A stretch of 62,854 bases of DNA, the filler included. It is 3 parts of 3 records of this genome, joined end to end, with 100 filler letters (N's around TTAATTAATTAA, not from the genome) between each part and the next. Parts side by side here need not be neighbours in the genome. Positions count along the whole stretch, not along the records: positions 1 to 17,750 come from SRR16203515_1180; 2 more parts are not named here. One strand, written 5' to 3'. The first letter of the stretch is position 1; each line of letters begins with the position of its first letter. Below are positions 1-10,792 of the stretch, piece by piece. The translations under genes were made by a program, and so were the position numbers. The notes beneath the pieces were generated by a model. That model saw only the letters and a program-made list of their open reading frames with translations. It did not search any database and was not told the DNA's origin.

Positions 1-124
1 AAAGTTAACGGTGTGTTAACGAATTGTCTGCAATGCGGCGATATTGAGGATAAAGAACATTGGGTGAATAAAGTTCATAAAGTTCACGGCACGGTGAAGG
101 TACCGCTACTGTCAGAGGTAGATG

Positions 125-152
125 AAAAAAGAGAGCCACTTGGGCTCTCTTT
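125..152 (-). terminator. Rho-independent terminator after the hybrid kinase
   Basis: AAAAAA-GAGAGCC-ACTTG-GGCTCTC-TTT: a 7-bp stem with a U-tract on the minus strand, about 40 nt past the kinase stop. Confidence 0.75.
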
Positions 153-190
153 AACAGTTTGTAACTTATGACATATTTAGTATTTAAGGC

Positions 191-3100
191 TCATGATGAG
201 TTGGCTAGTGTTGAGCTTTTTAGCAGTTCAGTCGCTGTATCGAAGTCAAACTCTTCTAGCGAGCTTTCCAATCTCTTGAACTCAGAAGGTGTTAACCCAA
301 CCTCGGTGCCGTCTTCAATGTTAAGAATGATGTTGAGTGCTTCAGTGTCATCATTGGCAACGGCTTCTAACAACTGATGGTACAAATCGGTATCTGGCTG
401 ATTGGTTGCTGAGTTAGTACCCGTAACTTGTTCATCGGAGTTGTCGGTTGTGGTTGCTGTTTGGAATAATGCGTTGGAGATCCCCTGACTGATCTCAATC
501 GTGGTTTTGATGACGCTCTGTTTTAGTTCGTCATCGGTAAGTTCGGACTCCAATTTTTCACACAAGCTATGTAAATCGCTCGCACCTAGATTACCAGCCA
601 CACCTTTAAGGGTGTGCAAGTAGCGCTGCTGAGCAGTGCTTGATAGCTCAGTAGTTAAGGTATCTTCGTCAGAATATGCTTCAACAAATCGCTTCAATAA
701 CTTCATGTAGAGCTTGTGATTGTTACTTGCTCGCATCAATCCCATGTTGGTATCAAGACCATTAATGACAGGCAACGCCTCAGGCTCACTTTCTGAACGG
801 TTGTCATCTTGTGGAGTTGCACTCGGCTCTTGCAATAAAACATTGAATTGCACGGGGTTAGATGGTGAAACCCAATTGGCTAAGGTTGCGAACATAGAGC
901 CAACATCAATCGGTTTCGCGATGATGTCACTCATTCCACAGTTGAGTGCTTTTTCTTTATCTCGTTCCATCACGTTTGCGGTCATTGCAATGATAGGGGT
1001 TTGACTGTCTTTTATCTCGTTACGAATATGCTCTGTCGCCTCGTATCCGTCCATAATCGGCATTTGGCAATCCATCAAAATACCATCGAAAGGATTCTCG
1101 TCAGCGATGGCTTGCTGATAAAGCTCGATGGCTTGTTGTCCGTTCTCAGCAATGGTGACTTTAATCTGCTGCCCCTCTAGCAGCTCAGTAGCTAGCTCTT
1201 GGTTTATCTCGTTGTCTTCAACTAACAAGATGTTAGCACCAGCCAGTTGTTGAACATTGGCAAGCTGGTTCTGTTGTTCCAATTCACTGCGAGATACTCG
1301 ATCTGAGTTCAGCCCGTAGAGGGATACGATAGAGTCGTAAAGGTGAGACGAAGTAATCGGCTTATCCAAAATACTTGGAACGTCGAATCCTCTTTGGGTA
1401 ATGGCCTCGGCAAGCTCTTCACGACCGTAAGCGGTGAGCATCATTATTTTCGGCTCTTTACTCAATGATAATCCGTGATTGAGCGCTTCTAACAGGTCAA
1501 CACCATCGCGCTTAGGCATTTTCCAATCTGAGATAATCAGATCAAAGGGCTTGTTGTTAGCATCTGCTGTATGCAATTCCACTAAAGCTTCATCAACAGA
1601 GGCGCTTAACGTTGGAGTCAGCTTGAGAGACTCGAGAATATCGCCAACGATTAAACGTGCACTGGAGTTGTCATCAACAACTAGCACTTTAAGGTGATTA
1701 ATCGAAGCAGGAACCACCACTCGGTTTTGAGTAATAGAGTGGCTGACTTGAGTTGAGATGGTGAAGGAGAATGTTGATCCTTTGCCAAGCTCTGTCGAGA
1801 CTTGAATATCCCCACCCATAAGCTGGCTAAGCTCTTTACTAATAGCCAGCCCCAAACCAGTACCGCCATATTTTCGGGTGGTAGAGCTGTCGGCTTGAGT
1901 GAATTTGTTGAACAGCTTAGCGGCTTGTTCTTGTGTCATACCAATGCCACTGTCTGAAACAGCAAACTTCAATCTGATATCATCACCATGCCTTTCTGCA
2001 ACCGATATCGAAATTTTCACTTCCCCTTTCTCTGTAAACTTAACGGCATTGTTGCTGAGATTGATCAGTATTTGGCCCAATCTGAGCGGATCCCCGATAA
2101 GGTTGGTCGGCACGTCTCTATCCACTTGGATAAGCAGCTCTAACCCTCGTTCGGACGCACGTAACCCAACTAAATTACTTATGTTATCCAGCACATTTTC
2201 GAGATGGAAATCGACCTTTTCAATATCTAACTTACCGGCTTCGATTTTTGAGAAATCGAGAATGTCATTGATGAGACCGAGTAGAGCATCAGAAGAAAGT
2301 TTTACTTTGTGTATGTAATTACGCTGCGCCTTGGTTAAATCCGTTTTTAACGCCAGATAACTCATACCTATGATGGCATTCATTGGCGTGCGAATTTCAT
2401 GACTCATGTTAGCGAGGAAGTCGGATTTTGCTTGGTTTGCGGCATCAGCTTCATCTCTTGCTTCGGCTAGACTGTGTGCGAAAGCTTCTAAAGCTGAATG
2501 CGCCTTGTTAGCGAGTAAGCCCATTAACAATATGATGACGAAGAAGATCACACCGCCAACAGCTAAGTGAAAAGTGACACTAGACGAATCTTTTACATTC
2601 ACGCTCTCCGCTAAGTGGCGTTGGGATACAAAATCTCGGAGTTCTATGAAGTCATTGTCCATAGCTTTAAGCAATTGGTGGCCACGCATCTGGGAGTTGG
2701 CCAACTCACTAAATTGAGATTCATAGACACTAATATGCGTATCAAAGGCGGTTATTTTTATATTTGGCGCGTACAAGCGAATAAGCTGTTGAGCGTTGCT
2801 TGACTTAGCTTGCATTTCATTGATGACGTCGGAGACTTTGTTGGCAATGAGTTTCTGCTCCTCAGAGCTAGTCAAAAGAAAATCGCGATCTAATCTACTT
2901 GAACGACTTAATAGTGTACGAATCGCCAGCAGTTCTTGCCCTATGAGTAATTGAGATGAGAGTTCGGCTTGGGATTGGGATACGAGATGATTCAGCTCAG
3001 CCACTTGGCTCTGCTTTGCTTGATAGAGTAACCCAACCGAACGCGAAAATTCAGAACCACTGAGTGTGACTTGACTGATGAGTGAAGCTCTTAATTTAGT

Positions 3101-3865
3101 AGAAGAAACTGGCACGCCTTGGAGTTGAACTAAGTTGGTGTAGTAGCGGTTCTTCGCTTTATCGATGATGTCTAAAAGTTGTTGCCCGTTGTCATCAGAG
3201 ATCTGTTCTTGCAGCTCCAAAACTAATTGTGAAGCTTTTTGCATCTCAAATTTGACCAACGAGTAGGTTTTTAGATCACCGTTGAGTAGGTATTCTTTTT
3301 CGAGATTTTGTATGTTGACCGCAAGAGTGGCAAGTTGACTGGTTTTTAAGGCAACGTTGGTTAGGCCTTCGCTGGTTAGTCTTAGTGCTCTTATATTCTG
3401 ACTGTTTTGGTTAATGGCTTGATTATGTAAATCCCTCATGTCCCGTAACAGCTCTGTTGCGGCGTTTGAACGATCGTCCATGAGTGCTCTAGTTGATTGG
3501 CTCAACTTGATGATGTCGACATATTCTTTGAATTGAATCAGGTACTTGGTTAGCAAATCAACAGGTAGCGATGCTGCATATTCGCCCTCATAATCGTTAG
3601 CGAGTTGAATGGTGTGCTTTGCTTCTTGATCAAAGTCTTCAATAACTTGTTCGTTGTAATCGTTGCTGAAGGAGAGTTCGTAAACGCGCAGTTTATCAAG
3701 GGAGGTCAATAATCTAGTGCTAGAGGCGTACTCTTCAACACCAATGAATCGATTATTGAGGTTGATCCAAGCGCCAACAGCGACGGAAAATACCACGATA
3801 GCCGCAATCAGAAACGAGATTAAGATTATTTTTGAATCAGTAGCAAATCTAGAAACAGTATTCAT
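191..3865 (-). CDS. Hybrid sensor histidine kinase (TM-periplasmic-TM, HisKA, HATPase, two REC domains, HPt)
   Basis: H-box [15 protein letters not shown]-box [15 protein letters not shown]-box GGTGLGL, receiver motifs ISDWKMP and LMDCQMP, HPt motif [13 protein letters not shown]. Two hydrophobic segments flank a ~400-aa helical region. Confidence 0.95.
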   Translation of the reverse strand: MNTVSRFATDSKIILISFLIAAIVVFSVAVGAWINLNNRFIGVEEYASSTRLLTSLDKLRVYELSFSNDYNEQVIEDFDQEAKHTIQLANDYEGEYAASLPVDLLTKYLIQFKEYVDIIKLSQSTRALMDDRSNAATELLRDMRDLHNQAINQNSQNIRALRLTSEGLTNVALKTSQLATLAVNIQNLEKEYLLNGDLKTYSLVKFEMQKASQLVLELQEQISDDNGQQLLDIIDKAKNRYYTNLVQLQGVPVSSTKLRASLISQVTLSGSEFSRSVGLLYQAKQSQVAELNHLVSQSQAELSSQLLIGQELLAIRTLLSRSSRLDRDFLLTSSEEQKLIANKVSDVINEMQAKSSNAQQLIRLYAPNIKITAFDTHISVYESQFSELANSQMRGHQLLKAMDNDFIELRDFVSQRHLAESVNVKDSSSVTFHLAVGGVIFFVIILLMGLLANKAHSALEAFAHSLAEARDEADAANQAKSDFLANMSHEIRTPMNAIIGMSYLALKTDLTKAQRNYIHKVKLSSDALLGLINDILDFSKIEAGKLDIEKVDFHLENVLDNISNLVGLRASERGLELLIQVDRDVPTNLIGDPLRLGQILINLSNNAVKFTEKGEVKISISVAERHGDDIRLKFAVSDSGIGMTQEQAAKLFNKFTQADSSTTRKYGGTGLGLAISKELSQLMGGDIQVSTELGKGSTFSFTISTQVSHSITQNRVVVPASINHLKVLVVDDNSSARLIVGDILESLKLTPTLSASVDEALVELHTADANNKPFDLIISDWKMPKRDGVDLLEALNHGLSLSKEPKIMMLTAYGREELAEAITQRGFDVPSILDKPITSSHLYDSIVSLYGLNSDRVSRSELEQQNQLANVQQLAGANILLVEDNEINQELATELLEGQQIKVTIAENGQQAIELYQQAIADENPFDGILMDCQMPIMDGYEATEHIRNEIKDSQTPIIAMTANVMERDKEKALNCGMSDIIAKPIDVGSMFATLANWVSPSNPVQFNVLLQEPSATPQDDNRSESEPEALPVINGLDTNMGLMRASNNHKLYMKLLKRFVEAYSDEDTLTTELSSTAQQRYLHTLKGVAGNLGASDLHSLCEKLESELTDDELKQSVIKTTIEISQGISNALFQTATTTDNSDEQVTGTNSATNQPDTDLYHQLLEAVANDDTEALNIILNIEDGTEVGLTPSEFKRLESSLEEFDFDTATELLKSSTLANSS

Positions 3866-3897
3866 AAAGTACCTGTGTGTATAAAGTACCAGCGTAC

Positions 3898-4941
3898 TTA
3901 GTGTTCTTGTTCATCAGTAAAAGAGTTTTTGATTGTGAGCATCTCGTCGAGCTTACTAATGAAGATAGGGACCAAGTTAGGGTCGAAGTGTTGGCCAGCT
4001 TGCTCTTGTATCAGTCCAATTGCTTTTTCAATCGGCCATGCTTCTTTATATGGACGCTCACTGGTTAGGGCATCGAACACGTCTGCAATGGCGACAATAC
4101 GTGCACTTAGAGGGATGTCTTCGCCTGACAGTTTATGAGGGTAGCCACTGCCATCCCATTTCTCATGGTGGTAAAGGGCGATCTCTTGGGCAAGTTTGAG
4201 CAGTTTAGAGTCGTTGTCTCCAATAATATCTCCGCCAATGGTGACATGCGTTTGCATGATTGCCCACTCATCTGCATCAAGCTTACCGGGTTTACCCAAG
4301 ATGCGGTCAGGAATGCCGATTTTACCTATATCGTGCATCGGCGCTGCTTGGAATAATAATTCCACCCATTCTTCACTGACGTCTAACTGCTGGGCAAGAA
4401 TCTTGGAGTAGTAACTCATTCTTACAACGTGCATACCGGTTTCGTTGTCCTTATATTCAGCAGCGCGGCCAAGCTTGCGGATAATCTCAAGGCGGCTCAT
4501 CGCTAATGCTTCCGTTCTCTGCCTAACCTTACGAGAGAGCGCTAGGTTTTGGTCGTACAGGGAAATGTGTGTCACTACACGAGCTTTCACAATAGGCGGG
4601 CTGACGGGCTTGGTGATGTAATCCACGGCTCCGAGCTCGAAGCCTTTTTGTTCGTCGACCACATCGGTTTTCGCAGTAACGAAGATAACAGGGATGTCGG
4701 ATGTGACTGGGTCACTTTTAAGCCTGCGGCAAACTTCATAACCATCCATTTCCGGCATCATGATATCGAGAAGAATGAGATGGGGCTTTGGCGATGCGGC
4801 GGCGATTTTCAAAGCCTTTTCACCGGATGTCGCGGCTTTGATTTTGAAGTCGTCGTTCAGAATCCCTGAGAGGGTATGGATGTTATCCGGGATGTCATCA
4901 ACAACCAGAATAATCGGTTTTTCTGTCGTAATTTGATTCAT
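3898..4941 (-). CDS. REC + HD-GYP response regulator (RpfG-like c-di-GMP phosphodiesterase)
   Basis: N-terminal REC (VVDD, LLDIMMP), [33 protein letters not shown]. Confidence 0.95.
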   Translation of the reverse strand: MNQITTEKPIILVVDDIPDNIHTLSGILNDDFKIKAATSGEKALKIAAASPKPHLILLDIMMPEMDGYEVCRRLKSDPVTSDIPVIFVTAKTDVVDEQKGFELGAVDYITKPVSPPIVKARVVTHISLYDQNLALSRKVRQRTEALAMSRLEIIRKLGRAAEYKDNETGMHVVRMSYYSKILAQQLDVSEEWVELLFQAAPMHDIGKIGIPDRILGKPGKLDADEWAIMQTHVTIGGDIIGDNDSKLLKLAQEIALYHHEKWDGSGYPHKLSGEDIPLSARIVAIADVFDALTSERPYKEAWPIEKAIGLIQEQAGQHFDPNLVPIFISKLDEMLTIKNSFTDEQEH

Positions 4942-5262
4942 TTTTCGTCCCTAAAAAATTTAATCAGATTGCTATGTTCTATGCTAATAAAGCGTAGTGG
5001 AATTTGGTGGAAATGCATGATTTCTGGAGGGTTAATTGTTGGTTTTGGAATCTAAAAGGAAATAATGGTGAACCTTTCTATGAATAGATATTTTATATGT
5101 TAACCTTTATTTAACAAAGAATAACTGCATGGATTGTGTAGTAGTGCGATCAAGGTTGAATAGTTCAGGTATTAGTTCGCTAACACCGAATGATTCTGAG
5201 GTACTTAGTCGTTCAAGTAACTTTTCAAATCTATCGTGGACTTGTTACAGGGAGAACGTACG

Positions 5263-6492
5263 ATGCCGAATACAGGGCTGACCCTCATTCAGAAAGACAT
5301 GCTATCGCTGTTTGCGAATGCTGATTTGGTGGGTGTCACTAAAGTAGATAAAGTTAAGATTGCAGTGGCCGCTGCAACAGAAGTAGACAGCTTAACAGGT
5401 ACCATTACCGAGGGCGTCACAGGAAGTGGCACAAGCCTCGCGGGTATGATTGAAAACATAACTGAGCAGATTAAAGAGAAATTCCTCGATTACGCTAAGA
5501 GCATAACCAGCATCGCGATGGATGACATTAAGGCGCAGATACTGAGTATGATTCCAAGCTTGGTTAAGCGGATTTTTGCAGACTTAGCGCCTGCTATTGA
5601 TGACATAAAAGAAGCCGCAACTCGGATTTACTCGGCGTTGGGCAAAGCTGTCAACAACCATAAAACCCGTCATTTGAGCTCTATGAGCACAACGCGTGTT
5701 GGGGCTGATGTGATTGATAAAATCCGTGGCGAGATTCGAGCTGTTGCTATCCAAGATTCAATGATCGCATTGGCTCACGGTGGTGTGATTGCGATTAACC
5801 TTGCGAGCTCAGGTATTGGCGCAACGGTGACCAGTATTGTTAAAGCCGTACTTTCTATCTTCAACTTTTTCCGCGGTTTATACGACAAGTGGGTAATGGA
5901 ACGTAAGTTTCGCAAGTTTAAGCAAGAGTGTGTGATGCTTAATCAAAAGCGAGACGTTATCGGTGCGAACTTCTTTCGTGACTGGTTCAAAATGAAGATG
6001 GAAGAGATCCCTGTAATTGCTTCGTACATGGTTTGCATGCCTTGTTACAGTTCGCCATATAACTTCTTATCTATCACAGACATTACGCCACCGCCTCCGA
6101 ACATGAAGACGCGATTAACTCGAAGAATTAAGCGCAAGTTTGGCTTTAAGGTGAACACTGATCCTTCTGTGATTAAGTTGTCTTTCCAGAAGTCGACATT
6201 GAGTGCATACGCTACGCTACAAGAAGAAGCCAAGGCGTTCATTGCTAATAGTGAAATCGCGTTAGAGAGTAATAAGCCCGGAGTGAAGCAGGTGTTGAAC
6301 GCAGCGCGTGGTGAGCCTAACTTCATACCGGGAACGGATGAAAAAGCGTTTACCAAGGCAGTAAGAAAGCAGCAGGTTAAGAATTTCTTCAATGGCACAA
6401 CGATCAAAGAGAGCGTAAAAGAAAACCTAGCGCCTAAAGCACTCGCAGCGACGATTGCTGGTGGATTGGAATCCCTCTTAGTGCCCGAATAA
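5263..6492 (+). CDS. Hypothetical protein (409 aa), candidate T6SS-associated effector
   Basis: Long ORF; ATG at 5263 follows the SD-like AGGGAG (5249-5254), so it is preferred over the track's GTG at 5236. Followed by a terminator. No recognisable catalytic motif. Confidence 0.8.
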   Translation: MPNTGLTLIQKDMLSLFANADLVGVTKVDKVKIAVAAATEVDSLTGTITEGVTGSGTSLAGMIENITEQIKEKFLDYAKSITSIAMDDIKAQILSMIPSLVKRIFADLAPAIDDIKEAATRIYSALGKAVNNHKTRHLSSMSTTRVGADVIDKIRGEIRAVAIQDSMIALAHGGVIAINLASSGIGATVTSIVKAVLSIFNFFRGLYDKWVMERKFRKFKQECVMLNQKRDVIGANFFRDWFKMKMEEIPVIASYMVCMPCYSSPYNFLSITDITPPPPNMKTRLTRRIKRKFGFKVNTDPSVIKLSFQKSTLSAYATLQEEAKAFIANSEIALESNKPGVKQVLNAARGEPNFIPGTDEKAFTKAVRKQQVKNFFNGTTIKESVKENLAPKALAATIAGGLESLLVPE

Positions 6493-6552
6493 CTCTTTGT
6501 GTTCGAATAACTCTTAGTTACCTAAAAACGCCTAGTGCACTAACAACTTAGC
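6463..6552 (+). repeat. Degenerate 18-bp tandem repeat spanning the ORF stop codon
   Basis: Units GGATTGGAATCCCTCTTA / GTGCCCGAATAACTCTTT / GTGTTCGAATAACTCTTA / GTTACCTAAAAACGCCTA / GTGCACTAACAACTTAGC. Confidence 0.55.
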
Positions 6553-6596
6553 CACCAAGGCCAAAAGTAAATACTTAACCTGTTTAAAACAAATGC

Positions 6597-6626
6597 AAAA
6601 AGCGGATGATTGATCATCCGCTTTTT
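6597..6626. terminator. Bidirectional Rho-independent terminator
   Basis: AAAAAGCGGATGAT-TG-ATCATCCGCTTTTT, a perfect inverted repeat between convergent genes. Confidence 0.9.
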
Positions 6627-6664
6627 ATTGTCTGTAGATATGTCGAACTGTAGATATGGTCAGC

Positions 6665-7324
6665 TCATCTATGCTGTTTTAATAGAACCTGATATCGACT
6701 TGGTAATGCCGCATCATCTAATAGTTCTTCTAATATAACGGCAAGTGCGAACCAGTCATCCAGCTTGTTTGTGACTGACTGGTGCCTAGAGTATCGAGGA
6801 GTGTAGCTGTCAAAGCGAAGTTCAGAGCGTTCAGTCCCTATTTTAGTGACAGAGCCAAAGTCGATAAGTTGAGCTTGTCCTTGTGAGCCACAGATAATGT
6901 TGGAAGGTTTGATATCACCATGAACGAAACCTAACGTGTGGACTTGGTTTATGACCTTTTCTAGCGCGTTCAGCCAGTGATAAAGCAAAGGTTGTGTGGT
7001 CTTTGAGTTGGTTTGAATGTCCAATAGTGTCTGACCATCAATGTAAGAAAGCACTAAGCAGTCATTGTTGTGGCTAGAAAAGTAATCACAATATTGCGGC
7101 CAGGTGCCTTGTTTATTAGAGTCGGTATTGAAATTAGTATTGGTATAAAGAAACTCCGCCTCTTGTTTTAGAAAGTGACGATGCTTTAGCTGTTGAGCGT
7201 ATTTAATAGTTACCAGTCCCCAACTAGGGTGCTGGGCTTTGAAAACCCGCTTGCTTAATCTAGTTAGGTTAGTGTATCCATGAGCTTTGAACACTGGCAG
7301 AAACTTTTCATCGTTCAAGTCCAT
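6665..7324 (-). CDS. Short Hanks-type Ser/Thr protein kinase (T6SS-associated)
   Basis: VTIK lysine, HGDIKPSN catalytic loop, IDFG motif. Start uncertain: ATG at 7324, or up to 7444 overlapping tssM. Confidence 0.85.
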   Translation of the reverse strand: MDLNDEKFLPVFKAHGYTNLTRLSKRVFKAQHPSWGLVTIKYAQQLKHRHFLKQEAEFLYTNTNFNTDSNKQGTWPQYCDYFSSHNNDCLVLSYIDGQTLLDIQTNSKTTQPLLYHWLNALEKVINQVHTLGFVHGDIKPSNIICGSQGQAQLIDFGSVTKIGTERSELRFDSYTPRYSRHQSVTNKLDDWFALAVILEELLDDAALPSRYQVLLKQHR

Positions 7325-7397
7325 TTTTGAGAAGGTATCATCCTCAGAAGTTTGAGCTCGCCTTGATGGACAAGACGAGCTGTTTGAAAGTGCGTTA

Positions 7398-10300
7398 TCA
7401 GATACCACTTGGCAGTGAGAATCCAGAGAAGAAACCCGGGACAAACGGATTCGATTGACCTTGAGTTTTAATGGTCAGCTTCACCTTACTATCGCCGTAA
7501 ACAAACTCAACCTGAGTGTCTTGTGCCGAGGTAAAGTTCACGTTTGGTTCGAACAAGCGGAACCAACTCCATGTGCCTTTCACAGTGTTCTGCCCAATTG
7601 TAGAGTCCTGCGCATTAAGTTGAACGCCTAGCTTCTCAATAAACTTCGCGTCACCTTGCCACGATTGTTGGCTCCATAGCGTTGGACCATGACGATAGGT
7701 AAAGATCGGCTTATCTGAAATGATCGAAAACTCCGTGATGTTGGGGGTCATATCGACAGCTTTCAACTGGAAGTTAATCAGAATATTGGATGGATCCGCC
7801 AAGAATATGGCGCTCTTTATATCAGCAGCCTTATCCATCATTGTCCAAACGTCTGGTGTGATCGACAAGCCCGTACCTGGAAGTAGTCCCGGCAAGTAAG
7901 GCGCTTCGTCGCTGTCTTTTACGAATCCATTTAGGCGAGTTTGAGAGAACTTGTCGACAATCCCGTTGGTCACGAAGAAGGCTTTAACATCTGCCACACT
8001 GACATCCGATTTAGATTTTCGGTTGAATGGATAGAATGAAGCTAAACGCTGTTGATAAGGCTGATAAATTTCATTCGACCAAGCTGTATTCAGGTAGTCG
8101 TGAGCCAGCGACATCACCGTTTCATTGCTTTGGTGTACCACCTTATTAATCAGCTCTTCAGCGACCTCCAAATGACTGTTGGATAGGCTGGATAGTGAAG
8201 CAATAGGGTTACCAGCTTGCAACGTAACGGACAGCGTATCAAAGGCTACCTTTTGTGGCTCCTTAGTTTCGTAAAACTTGTCTCCCCACTTTTTAGCATT
8301 GATAAACGCCGTAAGGAGGTTATCTATTGGCTTCTTACCTTGGTCATTGGCCGATACCTGTTTCTTGTATGCTTGGAAGCTAAGAGATATCTGACGAGCA
8401 GATTCTTTCTTGTCAGGATCTTGAATCGGCATGCTTGCAGGATCTTGCTCTTTGTCATCCTTCGCAGGGATTTCAAGCTCCACATAGGTGTATTTAGCGA
8501 TAGTTGAATACAAACTGACGAGTGGGTTATTACTTGCTTCTGACAGGCTCGTTAGGGCATTTTTCAGTTGTGTTGGATCGGCTACTTCTTTGACTTCGAT
8601 ATTACGAACTAAATCGCGCCAATAGTTGATGTAGTCGTTCTGGTAAGTCTGTTTTAACTCTCGACTGATGCGGTGAAGTTCTAATGCGCTAGGATAAGCG
8701 CCAGCCACACCCTCATAGGACTGCAAAGCGGACTTGAGAGTAGGAGAGTTCACCGATAAATCGAGTTCGTTAAAACCCGTTGGTGTATAGATATATGGAA
8801 CCAAGTAGCCAGCGTAACTTGGCGAGAACTGAAGTACTGAGCCGAAGTTGTCACCTAATTCACCGCGAATATCGACGCGTTTAGCGTAGGCTGTCGAACT
8901 TTGGATGTGTTCGTACAACAGGGTTTCAATGCCTGTTTGTGTGATAACTTTCTTGGCAAGACTTTCTAAATCATGATTCGATTTTATCGGCGTCAGGTTA
9001 CGCGCAAAGATGTCATTAAGCAGCACGTCTAATTGAGCGATGTTGACGCTATCAGCTTCTCCTTGATCTTGCAGAGTACGAACGTAGTAGTTCTTTAGCT
9101 CTTGGACGTTGGTTCTGTCTTTGCTAAACAGCAAACGATAGTTATTAAGTAAAGAGAGGGTCTGTGATTGATCTTCTAAGTTCACATAGACAAACAAGTC
9201 TTTCTCAAGCGTGTTCTCCATAGAAGGAATCAAGACTTGTTGTAGCTCCGTGAAATAGGCTTCTTCGACTTCTTCCTTGATACTTGGGTTTGGCATAAAC
9301 GGCAAGCTATACCAAGGCTCCGGTTGATTGTAGAGGTTGTAAATTCGCTGCAGTGAGAACAGGTTTGGAATATTGTCCGCCATATTCTCGATGTCATAAG
9401 GCGAAGCCGATATTGCTTCCTTATAACGTTCCAACATCACATCGGCTCTAGTCTCACGTTGGTTTTGGAAGTCAAAGTCGAACTTAATCACCAGTAATAC
9501 CGCGGCAAGTAAGCCAATCCAAGAGAGTGTGAACAGCACTTGATTGACGAGTAAGGTGTTCTCTTTGCGTTTGTTTACGCCGACCAGTTCGTGCTCCGAT
9601 AGAATCACGTGAGTCATCAGGTATTGGGCAAACAGGGTTTGGTTTACCGGGATTTGCTCATTCTGCTGATAATGCTCGTGGCCGACAGAATAAGAGACAG
9701 CGCTCGCCAATAAGTCTGATTGCGCTGAACTTTGACCATCATGAGTGAAGTAAAAGCCTCTGAATTGCAGTGCATCACTAAGCTGCTCTCCACGATACAA
9801 GCGATTTAGGAACAGCCAAAGGTTCTGTTTCAACAAACCAAACTGGAAAGGGGCACTAGCAATAGAGTTTCGGTAATCTTGATTCAATTGACCCGCGAGT
9901 GCATTACTCATGTTCGCTATCAGTTCACTGATTAAGTGATCATATTCATCATTAAACCAGTTTGCATCGATGCCACCGTGTATCGAATAAGGAGCGGTAG
10001 CACCGAATACTTCATCGCGTTTCGACTCATCAAAAGCGGAGAAAAACTGACAAAAATCGCTGATGCTGCCCATATTCGAGATAACGTTATATATCGGCAG
10101 GCTGACTCCAAATGCTTGATTAAACGTCTTTATCGTTGATTTGAGCTCGTCAGCTTGCTGCGTAATCTGTTCATTATTTTCCAATAGTGAGGAAACATCA
10201 GTAGTAAGTAACAAGCCATTGGCTGCTTGTCTTGGTCGCCACGAAGTTAGGGACTGACACAGTGTTTTCAGGTATTCAGGATGTTGGTCTTCACCCATAC

Positions 10301-10790
10301 TGATTGATACTAAAATTGAATGCTCACTGACCCAAAACAGGATAGGGAATTCGATGTCGTTACCGAAATCATCAAGCTTATAAGCCTCATAACCCATTTG
10401 CGTGATGATACTTTTGTCTTTGTTCGGGTTTTGGCTCAACAGCAAATAGATAGGTTGGTCGTAACGGCTGGTTAAGCGAGTTTTGCGCTTTTGCCCGCTG
10501 ATCATACGCTTGAAATGGTTTGCTAGTTGCTTTTGTCTTTTCTGAATCAGTTCTTTATCTAATGACTCTTCTTGTGATTTTGCGCTGCGCTTAATGAGCA
10601 CCCAGTAGCAAATAAAGCCGATAAGCGTGGATATAATAGCGACAGTCGTCAGCGCCCACACCAAATAAGCATTGAGTGGAGTTAACAGAATGACGCTAGA
10701 GGCGACGGTAAAAAAGGCGACAGAGGCTAGGGTAGAAATGCCTACTGTTTTTTTTACGTTGCCTGACTTGTTTGATTTGGCATCCGGCAT
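7398..10790 (-). CDS. tssM: T6SS membrane complex protein TssM (IcmF)
   Basis: 1130 aa with three TM segments; RPRQAANGLLL, LPIYNVI, FRGFYFT, YQNDYINYW, FYPFN, GTWSWFRLF and NPF motifs; follows tssL. Confidence 0.92.
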   Translation of the reverse strand: MPDAKSNKSGNVKKTVGISTLASVAFFTVASSVILLTPLNAYLVWALTTVAIISTLIGFICYWVLIKRSAKSQEESLDKELIQKRQKQLANHFKRMISGQKRKTRLTSRYDQPIYLLLSQNPNKDKSIITQMGYEAYKLDDFGNDIEFPILFWVSEHSILVSISMGEDQHPEYLKTLCQSLTSWRPRQAANGLLLTTDVSSLLENNEQITQQADELKSTIKTFNQAFGVSLPIYNVISNMGSISDFCQFFSAFDESKRDEVFGATAPYSIHGGIDANWFNDEYDHLISELIANMSNALAGQLNQDYRNSIASAPFQFGLLKQNLWLFLNRLYRGEQLSDALQFRGFYFTHDGQSSAQSDLLASAVSYSVGHEHYQQNEQIPVNQTLFAQYLMTHVILSEHELVGVNKRKENTLLVNQVLFTLSWIGLLAAVLLVIKFDFDFQNQRETRADVMLERYKEAISASPYDIENMADNIPNLFSLQRIYNLYNQPEPWYSLPFMPNPSIKEEVEEAYFTELQQVLIPSMENTLEKDLFVYVNLEDQSQTLSLLNNYRLLFSKDRTNVQELKNYYVRTLQDQGEADSVNIAQLDVLLNDIFARNLTPIKSNHDLESLAKKVITQTGIETLLYEHIQSSTAYAKRVDIRGELGDNFGSVLQFSPSYAGYLVPYIYTPTGFNELDLSVNSPTLKSALQSYEGVAGAYPSALELHRISRELKQTYQNDYINYWRDLVRNIEVKEVADPTQLKNALTSLSEASNNPLVSLYSTIAKYTYVELEIPAKDDKEQDPASMPIQDPDKKESARQISLSFQAYKKQVSANDQGKKPIDNLLTAFINAKKWGDKFYETKEPQKVAFDTLSVTLQAGNPIASLSSLSNSHLEVAEELINKVVHQSNETVMSLAHDYLNTAWSNEIYQPYQQRLASFYPFNRKSKSDVSVADVKAFFVTNGIVDKFSQTRLNGFVKDSDEAPYLPGLLPGTGLSITPDVWTMMDKAADIKSAIFLADPSNILINFQLKAVDMTPNITEFSIISDKPIFTYRHGPTLWSQQSWQGDAKFIEKLGVQLNAQDSTIGQNTVKGTWSWFRLFEPNVNFTSAQDTQVEFVYGDSKVKLTIKTQGQSNPFVPGFFSGFSLPSGI

Positions 10791-10792
10791 AA

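Noticed and set aside
1-171. Open frame on the + strand at the window start
   Set aside because: No start codon in view, no recognisable motif, and it runs through the terminator hairpin, so it cannot be supported as a CDS.
6463-6552. Possible mini-CRISPR or regulatory array
   Set aside because: The units are contiguous 18-mers with no spacers and rapid decay, and there are no cas genes.
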